34,782 nucleotides of DNA from a virus. Taxonomy: Duplodnaviria; Caudoviricetes. Shown here piece after piece: positions 9,929 through 16,470 of this stretch (its first letter is position 1; each line of letters begins with the position of its first letter). Made by a program: the position numbers and the translations under genes. The stretch lies in IMG/VR virus record IMGVR_UViG_3300032242_000023, positions 1 to 34,782 of that record, one strand, 5' to 3'. A model generated the notes under the pieces. It had not been told where the DNA came from. It worked only from the letters and a program-made list of their open reading frames with translations, and did not search any database.

Positions 9929-11025
9929 TGCCTATTATTGCTATTGTTGGCGCTGCTTCAGGCGCTTCTTTTGGTTTAATGAATGGGTCTAATAGCCCTA
10001 CTAATACTGTTGCGCCTATAGTTAGCGGAACTGCATCTACTGGAAGTACATTATCTTGTACAACAGGTACATGGGTAAATAGTCCTACTAGTTATTCTTA
10101 TCAATGGCAACGCAATAACACTACCAACATTGGTGGTGCAACATCAAGCACTTATGTAATTCAAACTGCTGATTATGGAAACACAATAAATTGTCGTGTA
10201 ACCGCTACAAATACATTTGGCAGCTCTACTGCTAATTCTAATTCTACTTCTACGGTTACATATGGCACTTATTCTGCACCTTACTTATTAGTAGGCGGTG
10301 GAGGCGGTGGTGGCAATAGTTGGTATGACACAGTTTGGCTTGCTGGAGGCGGTGGCGGAGCTGGTGGTGTTTTATCAGGTACTGCAACCTTAACTCAATC
10401 GTCTACATATAGTTTTGCTGTTGGTAATGGAGCTGGAGCTGGCGGAACAGGCGGAAACACTACTGGTTTAAGTTTAATTGCTTATGGTGGTGGCCCAGGA
10501 GGATCATTTAGCAATGGCGGAAATGGCGCATCAGGTGGTGGTGGAGCAGGTAAATATGCTTACGCAGGCGGTTATGCTGTTTATGGTAGTCAAGGCAATA
10601 ATGGTGGTACTGGTGGAAATATTAATGAATCTGCCGCAGGTGGTGGTGGAGCAGGATCTACCGGATCGTTTTCTGCTGCTGGAAATGGTGTAGTTTCCTC
10701 AATTACTGGATCATCTATAACTTATGGTGGCGGTGGTGGCGGAGGCGGCCCTGATCATCCAGGTATGTCTGGTGGTACTGGTGGCGGTGGAGCAGCAGGA
10801 AATGGATCTAATGGTATAAGTGGTACAGCCAATACTGGTGGTGGCGGTGGTGGTGCTTCTGAAGGCAATAATTATTCAGGGGGATCAGGTGGGTCTGGCG
10901 TAGTAATATTGTCTGTTCCAACTACTAATTACACAGGCACATTTACAGGTTCTTGGACAGTCGGAACATCTGGCTCTAATACAATTCTTAAATTAACAAG
11001 CGGTTCTGGTTCATACACAGCATAA
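9928..11025 (+). CDS. Ig-like domain plus glycine-rich domain protein (putative adhesin/receptor-binding)
   Basis: P.NTVAP.VSGT...G.TL.C..GTW...Y.YQW.R Ig-like motif followed by many poly-Gly runs. Confidence 0.7.
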   Translation: MPIIAIVGAASGASFGLMNGSNSPTNTVAPIVSGTASTGSTLSCTTGTWVNSPTSYSYQWQRNNTTNIGGATSSTYVIQTADYGNTINCRVTATNTFGSSTANSNSTSTVTYGTYSAPYLLVGGGGGGGNSWYDTVWLAGGGGGAGGVLSGTATLTQSSTYSFAVGNGAGAGGTGGNTTGLSLIAYGGGPGGSFSNGGNGASGGGGAGKYAYAGGYAVYGSQGNNGGTGGNINESAAGGGGAGSTGSFSAAGNGVVSSITGSSITYGGGGGGGGPDHPGMSGGTGGGGAAGNGSNGISGTANTGGGGGGASEGNNYSGGSGGSGVVILSVPTTNYTGTFTGSWTVGTSGSNTILKLTSGSGSYTA

Positions 11026-11033
11026 GGAAAACT

Positions 11034-11240
11034 ATGTTTATTGTTACTTGGTTATTTGACAAAATTGGTTATATGCCAAAGGTTACTGTAGATACTTCAT
11101 GGCCTTTTCCTGCTGTACATAAATCTTATAAAGCTCATGAATTTGAAGTTGCTCCGAAGGCTACAAAAGTTGCTGCAAAAGCACCGGCTAAGAAAAAACC
11201 AGCTTTAAAGAAAGCTACGACTCGTAAAAAGAAAGATTAA
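11034..11240 (+). CDS. Hypothetical protein with K/A/P-rich histone-like C-terminal tail
   Basis: AAGGA RBS; tail KVAAKAPAKKKPALKKATTRKKK. Confidence 0.7.
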   Translation: MFIVTWLFDKIGYMPKVTVDTSWPFPAVHKSYKAHEFEVAPKATKVAAKAPAKKKPALKKATTRKKKD

Positions 11241-11242
11241 TC

Positions 11243-11458
11243 ATGGCTGAGTTTGAAAATTTTGATATGTTCAAATTTGGCGGCCTAGTTAATCAGGTTG
11301 AAAATTTGCAAAATAAAGTAGACGGAATGGATAGAGATATAAAAGAGCTACTTGAATTAGCCAATAAAAGTCGTGGTGGATTTTGGATGGGCATGGCTAT
11401 TGTTTCTGCCATTAGCGGAATAATTAGCTTTTTTGCAGGTCTTTATCACGCAAAATGA
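11243..11458 (+). CDS. Holin/antiholin-like small membrane protein (XhlA-like topology)
   Basis: N-terminal coiled coil and one C-terminal TM helix, in the lysis cassette. Confidence 0.6.
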   Translation: MAEFENFDMFKFGGLVNQVENLQNKVDGMDRDIKELLELANKSRGGFWMGMAIVSAISGIISFFAGLYHAK

Positions 11459-11658
11459 GGCGCACAACTAAGGGTGCTATGCACTCTAAAACAATGTGGT
11501 TTTCCCTAGCATTAGTAATATTGGGGGTGGTTTATGATAATTTTAGCTATGTTGAAAATATCATTAATCCTCGTTTGTATGGCGTACTTCTTATTTTTAT
11601 TGGTATTGTTGTTGCTGTGCTTAGATTTATAACCACAATGCCATTAGAGGACAAATAA
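11455..11658 (+). CDS. Putative two-TM holin
   Basis: Two hydrophobic helices; S.T.WF..AL start and LRFITT.PL end; ATGA overlap with the upstream gene. Confidence 0.65.
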   Translation: MRRTTKGAMHSKTMWFSLALVILGVVYDNFSYVENIINPRLYGVLLIFIGIVVAVLRFITTMPLEDK

Positions 11659-12071
11659 TGTTTCCATTACCATTTAGTGCTTATATTTACATTGCTTTAA
11701 CTGTAGCTGCTTTAAGCGGTTTAGGCTATGGTAAATATGAATCTGCAAGGTATGATGCTTATGTATCAAAAGCTGAAGCTGCTGGTAAAGAACAAGAGAT
11801 GATTAACCAGGCGAAAGCCAAAGAAGCTAACCAAGTAACTGAAAAGGTCAAAAATGATTACGAAAACAAGCTTGCTCTTATTAAGCATACTTATGGTGGG
11901 ATGCGCCTCTCCGGTAGCAGTCAAACAGGCTCAATTTCCACAACCACCAGCGCAACTGATGGCACAGCCTCCGACCCACAATTTATTGCTAAATGTGCAA
12001 TGACAACTCAGCAATTAGAGTCTTTGCAAGCTTGGTTAAACGAACAAATAGGTATATTTAATGCAAGGTAA
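11658..12071 (+). CDS. Rz: Inner-membrane spanin (Rz-like)
   Basis: N-terminal TM helix, periplasmic coiled coil, C-terminal Cys; contains an embedded lipoprotein ORF. Confidence 0.8.
   Translation: MFPLPFSAYIYIALTVAALSGLGYGKYESARYDAYVSKAEAAGKEQEMINQAKAKEANQVTEKVKNDYENKLALIKHTYGGMRLSGSSQTGSISTTTSATDGTASDPQFIAKCAMTTQQLESLQAWLNEQIGIFNAR
11854..12003 (+). CDS. Rz1: Outer-membrane spanin lipoprotein (Rz1-like) embedded in Rz; not in the supplied ORF track
   Basis: +1 frame: MITKTSLLLLSILMVGC-ASPVAVKQAQFPQPPAQLMAQPPTHNLLLNVQ*; lipobox MVG-C, Pro-rich, AAGG RBS at 11844. Confidence 0.85.
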   Translation: MITKTSLLLLSILMVGCASPVAVKQAQFPQPPAQLMAQPPTHNLLLNVQ

Positions 12072-12579
12072 CTTTAAAACTTGCTTAGATTTGGTTTTAA
12101 AATCAGAAGGTGGTTATGTTAATAACCCAGCAGATCCAGGCGGAATGACTAACTTAGGTGTTACAAAGCGTGTTTGGGAAGAATTTACAGGGCATGGGGC
12201 TGACGAAAAAGAAATTCGCAATCTTACGCCTGAAAAAGTAGCACCTTTATATGAACAGAAATATTGGAGGCCTTGCTATGGAGAAGTATTACCTAGGGGA
12301 CTCGACTTTGTTGTATTTTCCATGGCAATTAACGCAGGCCCAGGCAGGAGCATTAAATTGCTTCAATCAGCTATTGGATGTGTACCTGACGGATCTATTG
12401 GCCCAACAACAAGAAGCCTTATTTCCGCCAGTAATACTGCAACTCTTATCGCAAAATTCTCTGAAGCTAGGCGAGAATATTACAAGTCATTAAAAACCTT
12501 TCCCATATTTGGAAAAGGCTGGCTTAACAGAGTAGATAAAGAAGAATTAGAAGCCCTTAATCTGGCTAAGAACTCTTGA
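12061..12579 (+). CDS. Endolysin, glycoside hydrolase family 108 with C-terminal peptidoglycan-binding domain
   Basis: EGGYVNNPADPGGMTNLGVT catalytic motif; C-terminal FGKGWLNRV. Confidence 0.93.
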   Translation: MQGNFKTCLDLVLKSEGGYVNNPADPGGMTNLGVTKRVWEEFTGHGADEKEIRNLTPEKVAPLYEQKYWRPCYGEVLPRGLDFVVFSMAINAGPGRSIKLLQSAIGCVPDGSIGPTTRSLISASNTATLIAKFSEARREYYKSLKTFPIFGKGWLNRVDKEELEALNLAKNS

Positions 12580-12777
12580 ACCTTTTGTAAGCTGTCCTAA
12601 AGGGGTTTCTAGGCGTTTAACATGGTTATCCTTATGGCATACCCATTTGTTTCCCATACGCTTAATCATGGTCTTAGAATTGGCTTCATTTTGCGCCACC
12701 AATAATTCATACATGGCGTAACTAAACCGACCAGCTTCAATCATTTGATTTAATAATTTCTTGTCGTTCTTTGTCAT
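12547..12777 (-). CDS. Hypothetical protein, last gene of the leftward arm
   Basis: 76-aa ORF with AGGGGA RBS; 3' end overlaps the endolysin 3' end. Confidence 0.7.
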   Translation of the reverse strand: MTKNDKKLLNQMIEAGRFSYAMYELLVAQNEANSKTMIKRMGNKWVCHKDNHVKRLETPLGQLTKGSRVLSQIKGF

Positions 12778-12889
12778 CTTTTTCCCCTATTGTTATTTCA
12801 CCTATTACATTAATAGTTAAAGAACCATCTTTTTCTTTAATTATTAATTTTTCTGCGTCTATACGATCTTCTGTAGTAAAAGTAGTCAT
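12737..12889 (-). CDS. Small hypothetical protein (50 aa, MTTFTTEDR...)
   Basis: Read manually; ATGA overlap with the upstream ORF and AGGA RBS. Confidence 0.6.
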   Translation of the reverse strand: MTTFTTEDRIDAEKLIIKEKDGSLTINVIGEITIGEKDDKERQEIIKSND

Positions 12890-13050
12890 CCGCAAGTCCT
12901 AATGTTACCGGTTGGAGTGCTTTGAATAACGCATCCATTGTCCATATATGGTGTTTTAACCTCTTTAGGACATTCACGGTTAGCGCTACTCATCGTAAAA
13001 GAAAGCACTAAAGCAACTCCTAAAATAGCTAATCCTATGTTTTTAATCAT
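12886..13050 (-). CDS. Small exported or membrane-anchored protein (54 aa, 3 Cys)
   Basis: MIKNIGLAILGVALVLSFTMSSA signal-like N-terminus; ATGA overlaps on both sides; AAGGG RBS. Confidence 0.65.
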   Translation of the reverse strand: MIKNIGLAILGVALVLSFTMSSANRECPKEVKTPYMDNGCVIQSTPTGNIRTCG

Positions 13051-13211
13051 TTTTTCCCTTTTTTTGTTTTTTTATTTTGCTCAATATATTGACGCAAAAT
13101 ACTAATTACACCTTCTTCTACCAATACACCTAATGCCTCTTTGTCAAAATGCACCACAGCGTCTGCTGATCCATCTTCATTTTCTTTAAGAATTTCAATT
13201 TGCAGTTTCAT
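13047..13211 (-). CDS. Small hypothetical protein (54 aa, MKLQIEILKENEDGSADA...)
   Basis: Read manually; tiles between neighbouring genes. Confidence 0.65.
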   Translation of the reverse strand: MKLQIEILKENEDGSADAVVHFDKEALGVLVEEGVISILRQYIEQNKKTKKGKK

Positions 13212-13216
13212 ATCTC

Positions 13217-13453
13217 TCATCGCTTACTAGCCATTAATTTAAGGTAATTTTTAAGGGCCTTATCATCTTCTTTAAATATTTTGTTAAACATATTGCTGGT
13301 TGGAATACGAGCAGTTTTTAAACTAAATGTACCGTGAAGTACATAATCACAAAATGCTCTACAAGCTATTTCTTGGAATTGACATTTTTGGCATTGATTG
13401 CATCTATCGCAAGGTGATTCACCTTCAAATACCCTACGAACATAAGATTCCAT
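13217..13453 (-). CDS. Cys-rich hypothetical protein (possible metal binding)
   Basis: PCDRCNQCQKC.....AC..F; AGGA RBS. Confidence 0.7.
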   Translation of the reverse strand: MESYVRRVFEGESPCDRCNQCQKCQFQEIACRAFCDYVLHGTFSLKTARIPTSNMFNKIFKEDDKALKNYLKLMASKR

Positions 13454-13569
13454 AAATTCCTATTAAAAGTAGCAGGTCAAGTCTTTTTAGTAATGTCGCT
13501 TCGTATAGCCTTAGCTGAATAGTGTCAAGACCTGCTATGTAATCAATTTATTTAAAATTCATGCACTTT

Positions 13570-13598
13570 GTTATAAGTGTTTTCCCTAACTTTTGCAA
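13570..13598 (-). promoter_or_regulatory. Candidate sigma70 promoter for the distal leftward genes
   Basis: Minus strand TTGCAA-17 nt-TATAAC. Confidence 0.45.
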
Positions 13599-13642
13599 AA
13601 ATACGACAACTTTACAATAAACTCAAAAAACTTTACAAAAAT

Positions 13643-13735
13643 GGGCTGTATTTGGCAGTTGCTACTCGTTAGGTGGAAAGCCACAAAAACCCTAACTTAC
13701 TGCATCCTACAATGGTGGCTTAACGCCCTAAATAC
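13643..13735 (-). ncRNA. Candidate pseudoknotted structured RNA directly 3' of tRNA-Asn
   Basis: Nested stems GGGC/GCCC, GCAGU/ACUGC and GUUAGG/CCUAAC, plus a crossing 7-bp AAGCCAC/GUGGCUU pairing. Confidence 0.5.
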
Positions 13736-13811
13736 TGGCTCTCAAAGATGGACTCGAACCACCGACCAACAGATTAACAGTCTGCTGCTCTACCAACTGA
13801 GCTATTTGAGA
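13736..13811 (-). tRNA. tRNA-Asn (anticodon GTT), CCA encoded
   Basis: 76-nt cloverleaf: TCTCAAA/TTTGAGA acceptor, GCTC-AGTTGGTA-GAGC D arm, CT-GTT-AA anticodon loop, TTCGAGT T loop, G discriminator, CCA. Confidence 0.97.
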
Positions 13812-13817
13812 ATAGGT

Positions 13818-13872
13818 GGGGGCGGTCTACACGGATAGACATGGTAGGCGAAAGGGGATACGCCTCGCCCCC
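13818..13872. ncRNA. Candidate three-way-junction small RNA between the exonuclease stop and the tRNA
   Basis: GGGGGCG/CGCCCCC encloses GTCTA/TAGAC and AGGCG/CGCCT hairpins; all Watson-Crick and GC-rich in an AT-rich genome. Confidence 0.6.
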
Positions 13873-13877
13873 GTTGT

Positions 13878-14627
13878 TTAGTTTAAACCATTCTTAAGTT
13901 TATATATTTTTACAAGGCTAAGAAACATCTCATAGCCATCTCTAAGGTCTTGTTCTGTATGTTCATATATAGCAACTTCCCCAGTTGTACCATTAATGTA
14001 CACATTGGCGCATCGTGCAGATGGCGCTAAAACCTCTCTGTAGGCTGCCAACTGTAGTGTATGCTCTAGGTAGGGTGTTAGATCACCAGGGGATTTTTCC
14101 GTGGTCTTAAAGTCAATTACGACTCCTGTAAAGGAATGAGTGGGTTTTGCATATAAATCACACTTTCCACCGTAGCCTTCTTGAGCATTAACTAGACTCT
14201 GTTCAGGAATCCACAATTGAGGGCCAAAATGAGCTGTTATAGCCTTATCTACGGTAACTACATAGGAAGGTGACTCAGGTATAAATTCGTTGTTGTAGAA
14301 GCTTTCTATCCAATCATGGATAGTTGTGCCACGATCAGCAGCTTCCCTGGACTTTTGTTTAGAAAGCTCCAATATTCTGGCAATGTAATCTTTTTCTTCT
14401 TCCCCATCTTGTCTAGGATTTTCAGCAGCAGCTTTAATAGCTTCTGTTTGAAACCATGTATTTAATCCATTTTTGGCTAATTGCCCATTGATGGTAGATA
14501 CAGAAGGAACTAATGTCCCAGGTTGGGATTTAGCATCACGCAAAGTAGTATTGCGTTCTTTGCCATTTTTACCAATTGTTGTATATCGTGGTTCGCCAGT
14601 TTTGGCACAATACCAATGTTCACTCAT
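13878..14627 (-). CDS. PD-(D/E)XK exonuclease (recombination-associated)
   Basis: PSVSTI, RGTTIH, E..L....YGGKCDL, IDFKT and QLAAY motifs; next to SSB-like and ERF genes. Confidence 0.88.
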   Translation of the reverse strand: MSEHWYCAKTGEPRYTTIGKNGKERNTTLRDAKSQPGTLVPSVSTINGQLAKNGLNTWFQTEAIKAAAENPRQDGEEEKDYIARILELSKQKSREAADRGTTIHDWIESFYNNEFIPESPSYVVTVDKAITAHFGPQLWIPEQSLVNAQEGYGGKCDLYAKPTHSFTGVVIDFKTTEKSPGDLTPYLEHTLQLAAYREVLAPSARCANVYINGTTGEVAIYEHTEQDLRDGYEMFLSLVKIYKLKNGLN

Positions 14628-14647
14628 AATTTTCCCCTTTAACTACA

Positions 14648-14845
14648 TTAATTAAGTAATTCTAATATTGCTGACCTATCTGATGTTGTTTCGCAACAAT
14701 CCGCACAAGTTTGAATAACCTCACGAATAACAGCAGCTAAGTCATTTACTTCAAACGCTATCAATTGCCTTTCTTCATCAACCCCAAAAGGTTCTGTAGA
14801 AATTATAGCTTTATCACCAATAACATCTCGTATTTGACTTAGCAT
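14648..14845 (-). CDS. Hypothetical protein
   Basis: 65-aa ORF with AGGAG RBS. Confidence 0.7.
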   Translation of the reverse strand: MLSQIRDVIGDKAIISTEPFGVDEERQLIAFEVNDLAAVIREVIQTCADCCETTSDRSAILELLN

Positions 14846-14854
14846 GGCTATCTC

Positions 14855-15112
14855 CTAGAAAGGAACAGAATCATCTTCAATAGTATGTTTAGGTAACTCA
14901 TCGCTACCGGCTTCTTTAAAACCTAAAGGCATTTTTTCTTTACCAATTGAAATGCTGAAAAACTTGCCCTTTTTGCCTTCTTTAACCCAACCCGAAAGCC
15001 AATGCTCTTTACCATTAACCATAATTGAACCCGAATAATCTGGTTGCGTATCCGTTGTCTTGCGATCATTACGAAACAGACTCCCTGAACCTTCTTTAGC
15101 AATGTATGCCAT
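14855..15112 (-). CDS. Small single-stranded DNA-binding-like protein
   Basis: G.LF.N.RK....PDY.G.....G....LSGW motif and acidic EDDSVPF C-terminus; between ERF and exonuclease. Confidence 0.75.
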   Translation of the reverse strand: MAYIAKEGSGSLFRNDRKTTDTQPDYSGSIMVNGKEHWLSGWVKEGKKGKFFSISIGKEKMPLGFKEAGSDELPKHTIEDDSVPF

Positions 15113-15122
15113 ATCATTTCCT

Positions 15123-15557
15123 TTAAATTTCGATTGATTTAACTACTGCTTTAACTGCTGGTTTAGGATTTGAGGCTGCATTACCATCATCATCCGCTTG
15201 TACTACACCAATAAAAGCTGCCAGCGCATATCTACGCATATAGGTTAATGCTGATCCTGCGCCTTGTGCATCTGCCTTTTGAACAGGCACAGACATTTCT
15301 TGTTCTATCCATTCTCCTGACGAATGACAAAGCTTAGTGATAAGCCACATACGGCCTTCAAAATAATTGCCAGGCATTTGAATGACACATAAATTATTAT
15401 CAGCAAGCAAAGAGCGACAGGCATCCCAAACAGACTCAAGATCAGCATACTTAGATTTGAAAAATGGGTTCGCAGAGTCTTTGATCGCATAAGTTAATTT
15501 GCCTTGTACGATTGATAATGCTTTAACTAAATTTGCAATAGATTCAGATTGAGCCAT
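15123..15557 (-). CDS. erf: ERF-family single-strand annealing protein
   Basis: [17 protein letters not shown] and [20 protein letters not shown] motifs; start reassigned to ATG 15557 with GGAGG RBS. Confidence 0.92.
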   Translation of the reverse strand: MAQSESIANLVKALSIVQGKLTYAIKDSANPFFKSKYADLESVWDACRSLLADNNLCVIQMPGNYFEGRMWLITKLCHSSGEWIEQEMSVPVQKADAQGAGSALTYMRRYALAAFIGVVQADDDGNAASNPKPAVKAVVKSIEI

Positions 15558-15753
15558 GATTACCTCCAAATACGTTACCAAAATCTTCAAATACAGATTG
15601 CAATAACATATTGCGTTTGTTGTTAGGTTTGCCACAGGCTGCACGAATTACATCTATATCATCTTGGGACATATCTGTACCGTATTCCATATTGGATAAC
15701 GCTATTTCTAAGCGTTCTTCCATTTCGGTCATTACTTGAGCCAATTCATCCAT
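15544..15753 (-). CDS. Hypothetical protein, first gene of the leftward operon
   Basis: 69-aa ORF with AAGGGGA RBS. Confidence 0.75.
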   Translation of the reverse strand: MDELAQVMTEMEERLEIALSNMEYGTDMSQDDIDVIRAACGKPNNKRNMLLQSVFEDFGNVFGGNHGSI

Positions 15754-15769
15754 TTAAGTTCCCCTTAAA
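15749..15769 (-). repeat. 21-bp inverted repeat, left copy (RBS + ATG)
   Basis: Minus strand TTTAAGGGGAACTTAAATGGA; 20/21 match to 16471-16491 plus strand. Confidence 0.85.
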
Positions 15770-15796
15770 AGTAATAGCGAAAGTGCTATGTCAATA

Positions 15797-15823
15797 ACTA
15801 TATCATACAATTCTCATTTGCAA
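15797..15823 (-). promoter_or_regulatory. Leftward early promoter (extended -10)
   Basis: Minus strand TTGCAA...TGA-TATAGT. Confidence 0.6.
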
Positions 15824-15840
15824 ACATTTATTTTTATGCC

Positions 15841-15869
15841 ATGCAAATAAACAACAAGTAGGTTAAACT
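15841..15869 (+). promoter_or_regulatory. Rightward promoter for the Cro-like gene (probably a leaderless mRNA)
   Basis: ATGCAA-17 nt-TAAACT; ATG begins 7 nt after the -10 and has no SD. Confidence 0.55.
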
Positions 15870-15875
15870 GTGCAA

Positions 15876-16157
15876 ATGGACAAATTAAAAATAACAGAAT
15901 CCGCCATGATTGACATACTTGGTGGTACAGCAAAGGTTGCTAGGATGTGCAAATGCGACAACGCAACTGTATCTACTTGGCGCAAAAGAGGCATACCACA
16001 TGGCCCAATGTTGCTTTTGGCTGCCAGAATTGAAAAAGAATCACATGGTTTAGTTACTCGTAAAGACTTGTTTCCAAACAATTTTTGGCTCATTTGGCCT
16101 GAACTAATAGAAAACCCTAATCCTTTTGGCTTGCAAAAAGAGTTAGACGAGGAGTAA
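15876..16157 (+). CDS. Cro/YdaS-like HTH transcriptional regulator
   Basis: IDILGGTAKVARMC.....VSTWRKRGIP HTH and IWPEL tail; at the divergence point of the two arms. Confidence 0.85.
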   Translation: MDKLKITESAMIDILGGTAKVARMCKCDNATVSTWRKRGIPHGPMLLLAARIEKESHGLVTRKDLFPNNFWLIWPELIENPNPFGLQKELDEE

Positions 16158-16160
16158 ACT
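16131..16160 (+). promoter_or_regulatory. Candidate promoter immediately upstream of the structured intergenic element
   Basis: TTGCAA-18 nt-TAAACT; predicted +1 near 16166-16167 coincides with the first stem. Confidence 0.55.
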
Positions 16161-16165
16161 GGCTG

Positions 16166-16356
16166 TCCTATTTCGAGGCTCTAACGACATACCAGGGAAT
16201 AGGATTTATAGCGCTACTGGGGGTAATGGTTGAAATAGCGCAAATATAGGTGGCGAAGATAGTGCCTATACCATGCAAGACTGTCGGGTTAGCGATTCCT
16301 CAATGGAAGAACTATGAAGGCAACCTAGGTAGGCTAGGTTTGCTTAAACCTCTTGG
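16166..16356 (+). ncRNA. Candidate large structured ncRNA or replication-associated element
   Basis: Four local stems plus several loop-crossing complementarities in a 330-bp gap without a plausible gene. Confidence 0.55.
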
Positions 16357-16364
16357 AAGTATTA

Positions 16365-16401
16365 AGTCTTATATAAGACTATAAGTTGTAATTTAACAAC
16401 T
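16365..16401. promoter_or_regulatory. Perfect 16-bp palindrome with an adjacent inverted repeat
   Basis: AGTCTTATATAAGACT (16365-16380) and AGTTGT-aattta-ACAACT (16384-16401). Confidence 0.5.
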
Positions 16402-16470
16402 AAGGGTTTTGGATAGTAGACATTAGGTATAGAAGTAAAGAAACTAAAAGAACTCAATAACGAGTAAACA

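Noticed and set aside
13051-13078. T-rich tract as terminator or phase-variable site
   Set aside because: It encodes the Lys-rich C-terminus and the next RBS on the minus strand; the frame is intact and no hairpin precedes it.
13643-13735. Theta/HDV-like ribozyme at the tRNA 3' end
   Set aside because: The position fits, but I cannot place the P3/L3, P1.1 or J4/2 catalytic-C elements; kept only as an unassigned structured RNA.
13736-13811. tRNA as attP site or suppressor tRNA indicating recoding
   Set aside because: No integrase found; the anticodon is ordinary GTT; genes read intact in the standard code with TAA, TGA and TAG stops.
13593-13838. 81-aa plus-strand ORF
   Set aside because: Antisense to the tRNA and structured elements, TTG start without RBS.
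13818-13872. Hammerhead ribozyme or intrinsic terminator
   Set aside because: No CUGANGA core on either strand and no U-tract after the stem on the minus strand.
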